From: Candidatus Hodarchaeota archaeon
Lineage (GTDB): Archaea; Asgardarchaeota; Lokiarchaeia; Sigyniarchaeales; SOKP01
Length of the DNA stretch: 61,176 nt
Assembly: GCA_048887145.1 (NCBI GenBank)
Contig: JBHLKA010000002.1
Span: forward strand, 1-61,176
Reading direction: 5' to 3'
In this document: positions 8,563 through 18,194 of the stretch, piece by piece
Layout of the letters: the number at the start of each line of letters is the position of its first letter
How positions within the stretch are numbered: position 1 is the stretch's first letter
Program-made: the position numbers and the translations under genes
The notes under the pieces: generated by a model
Told to the model about the DNA's origin: nothing
Databases searched by the model: none
Seen by the model: the letters and a program-made list of their open reading frames with translations, nothing else

Positions 8563-9597
8563 TTAAACTTTTACGATCCATTCAAAAGAATCTTCGATAT
8601 CCAATCTCTGTATTCCAATTAATAATTCATAAAGCTTTCTTGTTATCTCACCCGGCTTTCCCTCACTAAAAATTCTTTTTTTATCCTCTATTACAACAGA
8701 CTTAATTGGGGTGATAACAGCAGCAGTACCTGCGCAAAATGCTTCTGAGCAAGTATCTTCAAACAATTCTTTATATGAAATATCTCTTTCTTCGACTTTC
8801 ATTCCCAATTTCATTGTAGCAAGTTCTAGAATTGACTTACGTGTAATACCCGGTAATATTGTGCCACTTAATTCAGGTGTAACTAATGTTCCATTGATAA
8901 CAGCAAAAAAATTTGCTGTACCAACTTCATCAATATATTCCTTATGAACTGCATCAAGAAATATTACTTGTGCATACCCTCTCTCCTTAGTTTCTTTTGC
9001 TGGAAGCATAGATCCTGCATAATTACAACAAGTTTTAGCAGCACCAGTTCCCCCAGGAGCCGATCGAGTATATTCTTTAGTGATTTCTAGATCAATCCCC
9101 TTAAATCCCTCGGGGAAATAAGGCCCAACAGGAGTAACAAAAATTATTACTTTATACTCCAATGCTGGTTTTACACCTACTATCGGCCCACTACCAATCA
9201 TTATTGGACGGATATATAATGCTCCACCGCTATCATATGGAGGAATATACTCTTCATTAGCTCTTACAACTTCTTTGATTGCTTCAACAAATTTCTTTGG
9301 AATATAATTTGGCATTAACATTCTATCTGCACTATTATTGAATCTTTGTGCATTTAATTCTGGTCTAAATAAGGTAATTTCTCCATTTTTAGTTCTCAAA
9401 GCTTTCATCCCTTCAAAAATTCCTTGACCATAATTTAATATACAAGCTGCTGGTGAGATTTCAAAATTAGCGAAAGGAACCAGTTTTCCTTCATCCCATT
9501 TGCCGTTTTTATAATCAGAGACAAACATTATCTTAGTTTCGATAAAATTAAAACCTAATGAATAAAAATCAATATCTTTAGGCTCCATAGTCATCAA
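8563..9597 (-). CDS. ilvE: Branched-chain amino acid aminotransferase (class IV PLP enzyme)
   Basis: 344 aa. YGQGIFEGMKALRTKNGEITLFRPELNAQRF and GTGAAKTCCNYA match BCAT signatures. Confidence 0.9.
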   Translation of the reverse strand: MMTMEPKDIDFYSLGFNFIETKIMFVSDYKNGKWDEGKLVPFANFEISPAACILNYGQGIFEGMKALRTKNGEITLFRPELNAQRFNNSADRMLMPNYIPKKFVEAIKEVVRANEEYIPPYDSGGALYIRPIMIGSGPIVGVKPALEYKVIIFVTPVGPYFPEGFKGIDLEITKEYTRSAPGGTGAAKTCCNYAGSMLPAKETKERGYAQVIFLDAVHKEYIDEVGTANFFAVINGTLVTPELSGTILPGITRKSILELATMKLGMKVEERDISYKELFEDTCSEAFCAGTAAVITPIKSVVIEDKKRIFSEGKPGEITRKLYELLIGIQRLDIEDSFEWIVKV

Positions 9598-9765
9598 TTT
9601 CCTTTATTTTATATCAGAGTTATTTAATGAACAGTTTATTAAAAAATGTTATTGATATCAAATGAATTTTATAATAATTATCTCCTAGTGATTTAAAACA
9701 AAAATTAAAATTTCTAATCTACTATATATTATTAAAGTTAAAAACATGGATATTCGATTAGTTTT

Positions 9766-9838
9766 GCCAGAGTCGCTTAGACTGGTCGAGCGACAGCCTG
9801 CAGAGTTGTTAACGGGAGTTCAAATCTCCCCTCTGGCT
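9766..9838 (+). tRNA. tRNA-Cys(GCA)
   Basis: 73-nt cloverleaf. The acceptor is GCCAGAG/CTCTGGC, the anticodon arm is ACAGC-CTGCAGA-GTTGT, the T arm is GGGAG-TTCAAAT-CTCCC, and the discriminator is U. No CCA is encoded. Confidence 0.9.
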
Positions 9839-9929
9839 CTTAATTCTACTATTTAAAAATCTAACGTTATGAATTATTAGTATAATTTTTTTCAAAAAAT
9901 TTATCAAAACTTCTTAGTTATTTGAATAT

Positions 9930-10826
9930 ATGTCATTACAGAAAGTAACTGCAAAAAAATTAATTGAGAAAAAGGAAAAAAGGGAAAAAATTGTAACTAT
10001 AACTTCATATGATTATTCTTTTGCTAAATTAGCGGATGAATCTGGTATGGATTTAATATTAGTTGGAGATTCACTAGCAATGGTGGTTTTGGGTTATAAA
10101 AATACACTTTTAGTAACTATGGATGAAATGATTCATCATACAAAAGCAGTTAGTAAAGCAGTTACCAACGCTTTAGTTGTTGGAGATATGCCTTTTCTTT
10201 CTTACAAAGTGAACAAAACCGAAGCTGTGAAAAATGCAGGTAGGTTTATCCAAGAGGGAGGGGCAGAAGCAGTAAAAGTAGAAGGTGGTACAGAAATATG
10301 TCCAATAATAAAGGCAATGATAGATGCAGATATTCAAGTAATGGGCCACATTGGTCTTACGCCTCAATCAATATATCAGTTTGGGGGCTTTTTAGTTCAA
10401 GGGAAAACTTTTGATGCTGCAAAGAAATTGATTTTAGATGCCAGAAATCTAGAAAAAGCCGGAGTATTTTCTATTGTGCTAGAAAGCATACCATGGCAAT
10501 TAGCAAAACTAATAACAAGCGTAGTAAAAGTTCCTACTATTGGTATTGGTGCTGGCCCTTATTGTGATGGTCAAATATTAGTAATTCACGACATGTTAGG
10601 TTTATTTACTGATATTAAACCAAAATTCGTAAAATATTATGGAAATATCGGGATGTCAATTAGAAAAGCATTAGAAACCTATAAAAATGAAGTAAATCAA
10701 AATATATATCCTGATCAAGAACATTCTTATGAATTTCCTCAGGATACCCTTAATGATATTAATAAGTGGTTTAATAGTGTAGATATTGATGAACAATCAC
10801 AGAAATTAATGAAAAACTTGTTTTAA
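9930..10826 (+). CDS. panB: 3-methyl-2-oxobutanoate hydroxymethyltransferase (ketopantoate hydroxymethyltransferase)
   Basis: 298 aa. ITSYDYSFAKLADESGMDLILVGDSLAMVVLGY..TL.VTMDEMIHHTKAV is a classic PanB signature. Confidence 0.9.
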   Translation: MSLQKVTAKKLIEKKEKREKIVTITSYDYSFAKLADESGMDLILVGDSLAMVVLGYKNTLLVTMDEMIHHTKAVSKAVTNALVVGDMPFLSYKVNKTEAVKNAGRFIQEGGAEAVKVEGGTEICPIIKAMIDADIQVMGHIGLTPQSIYQFGGFLVQGKTFDAAKKLILDARNLEKAGVFSIVLESIPWQLAKLITSVVKVPTIGIGAGPYCDGQILVIHDMLGLFTDIKPKFVKYYGNIGMSIRKALETYKNEVNQNIYPDQEHSYEFPQDTLNDINKWFNSVDIDEQSQKLMKNLF

Positions 10827-10990
10827 ATTTAAAATTTCGATTTTTAAACCATATTATCTGCCTTAGACAAATAGCTTATCTTAAAAATTCTCATTAACCA
10901 AAGATATAATTAATAAAATTTATATTAATTATTATAATAGTAAGGATTTTCATAAAAACTTATCTTAATAATATTAATGGTAGAGCTGAA

Positions 10991-12748
10991 ATGGCTGAAG
11001 AATATGATTATCTTTTTAAATCAATTGTCGTAGGAGATGGAGGCGTTGGTAAGACAGCATTAACACTCCGATTTTCTAAAGGGTTCTTTACTGAGGATTA
11101 TAAAATGACTATAGGTGTTGATTTCCATGTTAAAACTATTTCTATAGATACCTCAGAAGGAACAATTAAATGTAAATTACAACTCTGGGATACCGGTGGA
11201 CAAGAAAGATTTAGCTCAATCAGGCCTATGTATTATAGAGGTTCTTTAGGTGCTGTTTTAGTATTTGATCTTACAAATTACGCCAGCTTTGAACATCTTC
11301 CTCAATGGATTGAAGAAGTTCGTGCCAATATAAAATCCGAAATTCCCCTCTTACTTGTAGGTAATAAAAATGATTTAACCGATCAAAGAACTGTTTCTAT
11401 TGAAGAAATCAATAAATTCACAAGAGATTTCAATCTTTATTATATGGAAACCTCAGCAAAGACAGGTGATGGAGTAGGTGATTGTTTTTATATACTAGCT
11501 TGCCTCATGATTGGATCTGGAGTACCTGAACAGTTAATTAAAAATCAAACTGTCTTTAGTCCTGGACGAATTACTTTAGAGGTAAGTCCAGTATTATTGA
11601 AAGATGTATCTCCACCAGAACCAGAAATTGATTATGCTGCACCACCTGTTCCAGAGCCACCCTCTATAAAGTCACCTGAACCCTCACCTATATTTGAATC
11701 AGAACCAGAAATTGATTATGCTGCGCCACCTGTTCCAGAGCCACCCTCTATAAAATCACCTGAACCCTCACCTATATTTGAATCAGAACCAGAAATTGAC
11801 TATACTGCGCCACCTGTTCCGGAACGACCTTCTGAAAAATCAATTGAACCCGCACCCAAGTATGAATTAGAACCTGAGATAGAAACACCAGAGCTAAGTG
11901 AAATTGAATTTAAAACTCCCGAAGAAATCTTAGCGGAGAAATCTAATGAAACTCAACAGGTTTCTGCTTTTGATAAAATTCTTGAAATAACAGAACCGGA
12001 TTCATACAAACCAAAAGTTGTTCCTTTTTCGGATGCTACCCCTACACCTGCTCCCCGACCAGAAGGATTTCCTGCTATTGAAGGATCAACAGCTCAAAAG
12101 AAGGAAACAAATGTCATTCCACCTTTTCGAGTTACTAAGCAAGAAGAACCCCCAAAACCTAAACCAGCTTCGATGACATTTGAACAACCTCCCGAAAAAA
12201 TTCCAATCACCCCAATGGAAAGTCCAATTTTTCCCTCATCACTACAATCATCTCAAAAATCGAGTAGTCAATCTCTCGTCGATTACATGCCGCAAACAAT
12301 TTTATCAAAGAAAGAAAAGAAAAAACTAGCTAAAGAAAAGAAGAAAAAAGAAAAGGAGAAAAAATTACAAATGGAACGTGAGAAACAAGAAAAATTAATA
12401 GAAGGAATGAAGAAAACAAAGAAAGAGAAGAAAGAGAAAAAGCCAGAAGTATCAGAAACCGCTTCATTATTTCAGACATTAACTCGAAGGACTGAAGGAA
12501 TTACTGGAGAAACAAGTACCACTGTTCTTCCTTTTGTTGCAACAAAAAAAATTGAAGCAGAAGAAACATCGAAATTAAGAATTATTCCAAATGTTGATGA
12601 TATTGAACCAAGTGGTTTTATGCAAATTACTCCACCTGCAAGTAAACAAAAAAAAGAAACTACGCAGGAGTTATTAATCTGTAGGCAATGTGGCGCTACA
12701 TTGTCAGCTGATTATGCTTATTGTAACAAATGTGGTGCTAAACTCTAA
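10991..12748 (+). CDS. Rab-like small GTPase with a ~400-aa repeat/proline-rich/K-E-rich tail and a C-terminal zinc ribbon
   Basis: 585 aa. G1 is GDGGVGKTA, switch I is YKMTIGVDF, G3 is WDTGGQERF, followed by YYRGS..VLVFD, G4 GNKNDL and G5 ETSAKTG. The tail has EPEIDYAAPPVPEPPSIKSPEPSPIFES repeats and a KKEKKK coiled-coil-like stretch. It ends in CRQCG..(11)..CNKCG (12680-12745). Confidence 0.9.
   Translation: MAEEYDYLFKSIVVGDGGVGKTALTLRFSKGFFTEDYKMTIGVDFHVKTISIDTSEGTIKCKLQLWDTGGQERFSSIRPMYYRGSLGAVLVFDLTNYASFEHLPQWIEEVRANIKSEIPLLLVGNKNDLTDQRTVSIEEINKFTRDFNLYYMETSAKTGDGVGDCFYILACLMIGSGVPEQLIKNQTVFSPGRITLEVSPVLLKDVSPPEPEIDYAAPPVPEPPSIKSPEPSPIFESEPEIDYAAPPVPEPPSIKSPEPSPIFESEPEIDYTAPPVPERPSEKSIEPAPKYELEPEIETPELSEIEFKTPEEILAEKSNETQQVSAFDKILEITEPDSYKPKVVPFSDATPTPAPRPEGFPAIEGSTAQKKETNVIPPFRVTKQEEPPKPKPASMTFEQPPEKIPITPMESPIFPSSLQSSQKSSSQSLVDYMPQTILSKKEKKKLAKEKKKKEKEKKLQMEREKQEKLIEGMKKTKKEKKEKKPEVSETASLFQTLTRRTEGITGETSTTVLPFVATKKIEAEETSKLRIIPNVDDIEPSGFMQITPPASKQKKETTQELLICRQCGATLSADYAYCNKCGAKL
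11618..11869 (+). repeat. 84-bp in-frame tandem repeat (two near-identical copies plus one diverged copy) inside the GTPase tail
   Basis: Copies start at 11618, 11702 and 11786 (gaaccagaaattga(t/c)tat(g/a)ctgc...). Copies 1 and 2 differ at only a few positions, and copy 3 diverges after about 40 bp. Confidence 0.85.
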
Positions 12749-12759
12749 TTGAGTTAAAC

Positions 12760-13578
12760 TTAGATTGTTTTTCCACAAATTGGACAAGTACTCCACATTT
12801 TTTTAATTTTAGATTTACAATGGGGACATATTTTTAATTCAGGGTCAATTTGAGTTTGTGGTTTTCCAAATATAGTAGTACTATCCTCAATCTTATATTC
12901 GATTGGCTTATTAGGAGGTTTAACCGTTGAAACTTGGTTATCTGAAGTTTTTATAATTTGACGAGATTTTTGAGGAATCTTTGTACTCTTTACAAACATC
13001 TGTTTAGTTAATTTTCCAGTAGAATCAACTTTCTTTTCTTTAGATATAGAATCTTCTTGAATGTTTTGCGGAACTTGGCGAATTTGGGCTTTTTTCGTCT
13101 CGATTTCGCTTTTAATTGGCTTCTTCTCTGTTTGCTTTAGAGAGATGCCCACTTTATAGAGATAATACTTCCCGTCATTATTTTCAATTACGCTTTCACC
13201 ATTTACTAACATAACTTCAATATAATAAATAATTAAAGAACCAATAGGTACCTCGACTATCTCAGCAATAAAATAATCCATTTTATTTTCCATTTTCATT
13301 TGGAACCATGTTTTCCCATGATCAGCACTAAAGATAAGTTTTACAGCATCTAATTTATTATCAAAATCCTCTTCGGTGATTTTCACAACAATCTTTATTG
13401 TTTTCTTTTTTGGTTCTCCGGATTCTTCAAATTCTTCAATTTCTGCCTCATCCCATGCTACACCACATTTTGGACAGTTGGTAAACCAATTTGGATATTC
13501 AAAGTTACATTTAGAACAAGTTTTCGTAAAATAACGAGTTGTTTTTATTCCAATCGTTTTCTTTTTATCCTTTGCCAT
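12760..13578 (-). CDS. Double zinc-ribbon protein with a central beta-rich domain
   Basis: 272 aa. The N-terminal ribbon is CSKCNFEYPNWFTNCPKCG and the C-terminal ribbon is CPHCKSKIKKMWSTCPICG. The central part, VKLIFSADHGKTWFQMKME..YYIEVMLVNGESV, looks like a beta-sandwich. Confidence 0.6.
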   Translation of the reverse strand: MAKDKKKTIGIKTTRYFTKTCSKCNFEYPNWFTNCPKCGVAWDEAEIEEFEESGEPKKKTIKIVVKITEEDFDNKLDAVKLIFSADHGKTWFQMKMENKMDYFIAEIVEVPIGSLIIYYIEVMLVNGESVIENNDGKYYLYKVGISLKQTEKKPIKSEIETKKAQIRQVPQNIQEDSISKEKKVDSTGKLTKQMFVKSTKIPQKSRQIIKTSDNQVSTVKPPNKPIEYKIEDSTTIFGKPQTQIDPELKICPHCKSKIKKMWSTCPICGKTI

Positions 13579-13721
13579 TCTCTATTTCATTTATGATGAG
13601 AAATTTAACCCTAATAAATAATTTAATTACTTTTTAGTTTATAAATATATTTCTGTATCATACTATTAAAATTCTTATTATATAATTGTTATTATAATTA
13701 TTATTAAAATAGAAAAAATTA

Positions 13722-14348
13722 GTGAAACAAAAAATAAATTCTGAAGAAGTAAAAGCAATTTTAGCTGCACTTAATGATTTAATTGAAATAAAAGTTTTAA
13801 TACGCGGAGTTGCTCCAAATTATAATTTAGATGATGATTTTAATAATGAATTAATACAATTATTAAAAGCACTTCGATTAAAACTTCAGCCAATCTTTTC
13901 TAAATATTTAGATATTGGATATTTTAAAGAGAACAGCATAAATCAAAAAGAAATTGATATGCAATATATAATTGAATTAATTAAAAAGAAAAAACATATT
14001 ATCGTTTCCGCAAGCAATTCAAAAAAAAAATTAAAAAATTTTGGAATTGATCCCCGAATTATAATTGTTACTGGTGGCCCTTTATTCGTTGAAAACTACA
14101 AGAAAGTTAATCCTACTTTGACTAATAATGCACTATTAGGTATTAAAAAGAAATGTGAAAGCCTAATAAATCAAATTAAAAAATTAGCTAAGAAAGCAAA
14201 AGAATTAATTTTTATTTATGAGAAAGATAATTTAACTGACCAAATAATATTAAAAGAATTAGATCTCTTAGAAAACACAACTGACATAAAAATAAAAAGT
14301 TATAATATAAAATCTTGGAAAAATTTCGAATTTCAATCAAAACCTTAA
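13722..14348 (+). CDS. Hypothetical protein
   Basis: 208-aa ORF with a GTG start. No family was recognised. Its 3' end overlaps the convergent mfnA stop by 4 nt. Confidence 0.45.
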   Translation: MKQKINSEEVKAILAALNDLIEIKVLIRGVAPNYNLDDDFNNELIQLLKALRLKLQPIFSKYLDIGYFKENSINQKEIDMQYIIELIKKKKHIIVSASNSKKKLKNFGIDPRIIIVTGGPLFVENYKKVNPTLTNNALLGIKKKCESLINQIKKLAKKAKELIFIYEKDNLTDQIILKELDLLENTTDIKIKSYNIKSWKNFEFQSKP

Positions 14349-15523
14349 CATAATTTCAATTTTTTCACGATTAATTCCAAATCATTTAAAAAGTGATATA
14401 AATGTTCTCTTTCTACATGAGGCATAACAACGACTCTAATTAGATTAAAGTTTTTGAATTTTCCTAACATCCAATCTTTCTTACGTAATTCCTCATCTAT
14501 TTCGCATATACTTTCTCCATTTTTTGTTGTGATTCCTACTACGTTCATAACTGGTTTTGTTGCTAACTTAATTCCCTTAATCTCAGTTATTCTTTTAACT
14601 AGATAATCAGTATTATCCATACACTTTTCTACAACTTTTGTAAAACCTTTCAATCCTAATAGTTTCATAATTGCCCAAAAAGCAATTATCGTACCCCCTG
14701 GCCTAGTACCTACAATATGGAAATGTTTAAAATTTCCTCCCGCTAAATAAGGAATCTGAAAGCCAGTTTTTTGTAATATTGAAGAATCTCTTACAAAATA
14801 ACCTCCAGAAGGAATTAAACCTAAACCCATTTTATGTGGATCTGCTGTAATTGAATCAACAGATGCAACTGAAAAATCCCAAGATGGAATGTTATAATTT
14901 AATCTCTTTAAAAAAGGGAGTACAAAACCTCCAAAAGCAGCATCAACATGGAAAAATATATCTTTTTTTTCAATGAATTCTCCTATCATTTCAATAGGAT
15001 CAATTAAACCTAAAGAAGTTGTACCTGCAACTCCAACTACGCCACATGTATTATTATTAATTAAGGACTCAAAATGATTTAAATCTAGTGTGAAATCAGG
15101 TTTCAATCTCGCTTTTCGAAGCTTAAGATCTAATAAATCAGCAGCTTTATCAAAAGAAATATGAGCAGAAATTGGAAGAACTACTTCAGGATTTTTAATA
15201 TCTGGTCTTAACTTTTTGGCAATTCTCATAGCAATTAGATTTGCCTCAGATCCTCCAGTAGTGAAAGTTCCAATAGTATCTTTACCCCCAAATAAGTCAC
15301 TAATTTCTTTTACTAATTCCTCTTCCAATTTTGCAGTCCCTAAAAACAATCCTGGATCTCCTAAATTCTTTGATACAAAATTACTATATACTTCTTTACC
15401 AAAATCAAGAGGCTCTGTACACATCGAACCTAGAATGGAACCAGATTCATAAGTATAATCTTTTTGCAATTCTTTTTCCAGTAATTTAAGTATTTCCCGC
15501 TTCTTAAGTCCTTCTTCTTGCAT
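14345..15523 (-). CDS. mfnA: PLP-dependent L-tyrosine/L-aspartate decarboxylase (MfnA family)
   Basis: 392 aa. Contains SILGSMCTEP, TTGGSEANLIAMR, HVDAAFGGFVLPF and SITADPHKMG, which carries the PLP lysine. Confidence 0.85.
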   Translation of the reverse strand: MQEEGLKKREILKLLEKELQKDYTYESGSILGSMCTEPLDFGKEVYSNFVSKNLGDPGLFLGTAKLEEELVKEISDLFGGKDTIGTFTTGGSEANLIAMRIAKKLRPDIKNPEVVLPISAHISFDKAADLLDLKLRKARLKPDFTLDLNHFESLINNNTCGVVGVAGTTSLGLIDPIEMIGEFIEKKDIFFHVDAAFGGFVLPFLKRLNYNIPSWDFSVASVDSITADPHKMGLGLIPSGGYFVRDSSILQKTGFQIPYLAGGNFKHFHIVGTRPGGTIIAFWAIMKLLGLKGFTKVVEKCMDNTDYLVKRITEIKGIKLATKPVMNVVGITTKNGESICEIDEELRKKDWMLGKFKNFNLIRVVVMPHVEREHLYHFLNDLELIVKKLKLC

Positions 15524-15654
15524 TTTTTTCTTTATTAATTATTTTTATGATTGTATCGTTAATACCTATCATAGAGAAATATTTAATCAATTAAAATTTT
15601 ACAAAAAATATACTAAGTTTTAATATAAATCCTTATAATTGATTGTAGTTTAGA

Positions 15655-15978
15655 CTACAGAAATCGTTTTGAATCCCTTTCTACATATTTAGCTAACGTT
15701 CTATCAAATTTGGTACTTAAATTAATTTTGTAATAGTTGGCAATACAGATTAAAGAAAAAAGGAGATCAGCAAGTTCTTCTCCTAATTTTACTTGTTTTT
15801 CTTTATTTTTTTTTGGTTTAAACCCTTCATAATAATTAATTTCTCTAGCTACCTCCCCAATTTCTTCCACTATAGCACTTAACATAGCTAATGGAGGCCA
15901 ATATCCACCATGCCTCAAAATCCAATCATCTACTTTTTGCTGAAGTTCCTCTAGAGAATTATTGGTTGACATATGCAT
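15655..15978 (-). CDS. MazG-like nucleotide pyrophosphohydrolase
   Basis: 107 aa. Contains the EEIGEVAREI...LGEELADLLFSLICIANYYKINL EExxE/D motifs. Confidence 0.75.
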   Translation of the reverse strand: MHMSTNNSLEELQQKVDDWILRHGGYWPPLAMLSAIVEEIGEVAREINYYEGFKPKKNKEKQVKLGEELADLLFSLICIANYYKINLSTKFDRTLAKYVERDSKRFL

Positions 15979-16058
15979 ATAATTACCTCTTTATATTTAA
16001 AAATTGGAGAAATCGAAGATATCTTATCTAAAATTCATTATAAAAAAGACATAAAAAA

Positions 16059-18194
16059 TTAATTAATTAAGTTATATCTTTTACGTGCTTCCCATTCTGC
16101 TCTCTTTCCAGAATTATACCTGTTAACGGCACTATAATAACCCGTAATTCTTGAATAGACATTCACGTCAAAAGAATTACAACTAGGGCAAGTAAATTTT
16201 CCACCGCGAAACATCTTTTTACAATGTGGACAAAATGTAAAATCTATGGTATATGAAAAATAAGCAGTATTAGTTTTTAAACAAATATTTTTTGTGAGCT
16301 CCCATAAACCATGGATATCAGGCTTCTGCTCTCCAAGCCAAATATGTGTGATCACTCCACCATTCACAATTGGATGATAATCTCCTTGTAACTTAATTCG
16401 TTTAGACAGGGGAATATCAGCATCGTACCGAATATGACTTGAATTTGTATAATAAGCAGAATTTCCAGAAGATTGAACTATTGCCTTTTTTGAAAAGTGT
16501 TTTAAATCTAGCTTAGCTAAGCGCCCTGCAGCCTGTTCCGCAGGTTGTTCCCATAATGAATAAGAATATCCATCCCTTTCTGTCATTGAGTTACATTTTG
16601 CCACCATATAACTTAAAATATTTTTTCCTAATGTATAAGCACTCTCACTTTCATGTAATTCTTCATTAGTTAAACTTTTAATTGCTTCATTTAATCCAGT
16701 TAATCCAATAGAAACGTTCTGGTCCTCTAACTTAAAAATTGATCTATCATTAATTTTACCACTGCAAAGTGGTAGATGCCCTGATTTTAATCTTCTTTCC
16801 ATTAAATGCCATTTTTTTATTAAAATTCTGGAACATAATTCCATCTTTTCATCCAGTATCTTAAAATAATCATCCTCATTATTTGATAAATACGCATACC
16901 TAGGTAAATTGAGACTAACGCTCTGAAGTGAACCAATAGTTACATAATTTTCCCAGACATTAACATTTTTTCTTTCTTCCGGATCAAAAATGCATTTACT
17001 TATTATTTCATTACCACTTAGAAATTTCCTGCAACATTGGCTATGTATTTCATCAGGCATCCAGCCTGGACACATATTTAGGAAATAAGGAGTTCCCATT
17101 TTAGCAGTTTCTTCCATAATTTTTAGATATGAAGGCTCAAACTCTTTTATCCATTTCTTTTTAATTTTTACTTCGTGTTTTGGAAATGCAAACAACTTAC
17201 CATTATGATCTCCTTGAATATAAACGTCTGTGAGAGCATCAAATAACCTTAAACACTCCTCTTTATAATCTCCATATTTTCCAACAGCTATACCATGAGG
17301 TCCCACAGCAGGTATGCTCAATAAACCATCCGGAATAGTTGGAGTGCAGGAAATGGAAGTAAATGGAACCTGACCTCCCCTTGCAGCAAAAATCTGATTT
17401 GTTTCAAAAATTAGACACTGCATCGATTGCTCAATTTCCCTATTAGAGAGGCCTTTAGCATAAGGAGCTAAAAATGTAGTTATATAATCATAACCTTGTC
17501 CACCACTAAATTCACCTTGAATGATCCCTAACCATTTAGCGAGGTGAGTTACTGCCACTCTTAGACTTCCAGCAGGACCAGATCTACTACAATGCACCCA
17601 ACTATCAACGGGGGGCAAGCCATGTTCAAGAATCATCCGAGGATCCCATTCTTGGCAAAATGGCCTTAAGTCAAAATATCTAAGCATATGAACATGAATA
17701 TCACCATATAAATGAGCATGAGCTTCTTCAGAATCTAAAATTCTTAATAAAGCATACTCATCAGAAATTCTATTTGCTGCCCAGTGATGAATGCTCTCTG
17801 GATTCATATCTTGATTAGCATTTTCATTAATTCCTTTTTCTAATATAGCTTCATAGTCCATTAATGGCATACCAATTCGGGTATACAGTTTACGTTCTTC
17901 TTCAAAATGCTGTTCTGATAAAATAGAGCATACTATTTCTCTAATATGTGGCCCAGAAAGAAATTTAATCCCTGAAGATATAATTCTCCGAACTACTAAT
18001 TTTGTTATTTTATCAGCAAATTTCTTATCTAATCCAGTCTCTCTCATTAAGCTCTGTTCAATTTTAACAGGATCAAAGGATACAACATCGCCTTCAGTCC
18101 TAAAAACTCTAGGTAACAAGTTTTTTAAAATCCCACTAGATAATTTTTGATCCCTTTTTTCTTTAATAGTGTGAGAATCTGGCACTAAAACCAT
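16059..18194 (-). CDS. nrdD: Anaerobic ribonucleoside-triphosphate reductase (class III)
   Basis: 711 aa. The N-terminus is ATP-cone-like (VVSFDPVKIEQSLMRETGL). The C-terminus has the Zn site CPHC..(10)..CPSC followed by the glycyl-radical motif SRITGYYS. Confidence 0.92.
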   Translation of the reverse strand: MVLVPDSHTIKEKRDQKLSSGILKNLLPRVFRTEGDVVSFDPVKIEQSLMRETGLDKKFADKITKLVVRRIISSGIKFLSGPHIREIVCSILSEQHFEEERKLYTRIGMPLMDYEAILEKGINENANQDMNPESIHHWAANRISDEYALLRILDSEEAHAHLYGDIHVHMLRYFDLRPFCQEWDPRMILEHGLPPVDSWVHCSRSGPAGSLRVAVTHLAKWLGIIQGEFSGGQGYDYITTFLAPYAKGLSNREIEQSMQCLIFETNQIFAARGGQVPFTSISCTPTIPDGLLSIPAVGPHGIAVGKYGDYKEECLRLFDALTDVYIQGDHNGKLFAFPKHEVKIKKKWIKEFEPSYLKIMEETAKMGTPYFLNMCPGWMPDEIHSQCCRKFLSGNEIISKCIFDPEERKNVNVWENYVTIGSLQSVSLNLPRYAYLSNNEDDYFKILDEKMELCSRILIKKWHLMERRLKSGHLPLCSGKINDRSIFKLEDQNVSIGLTGLNEAIKSLTNEELHESESAYTLGKNILSYMVAKCNSMTERDGYSYSLWEQPAEQAAGRLAKLDLKHFSKKAIVQSSGNSAYYTNSSHIRYDADIPLSKRIKLQGDYHPIVNGGVITHIWLGEQKPDIHGLWELTKNICLKTNTAYFSYTIDFTFCPHCKKMFRGGKFTCPSCNSFDVNVYSRITGYYSAVNRYNSGKRAEWEARKRYNLIN

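Noticed and set aside
12290-12450. Apparent purine-rich 'repeat' (aaagaaaagaaaaaa...)
   Set aside because: It is low-complexity coding for a K/E-rich helix (KKEKKKLAKEKKKKEKEKK). It is not a periodic tandem repeat like the 84-bp units at 11618..11869.
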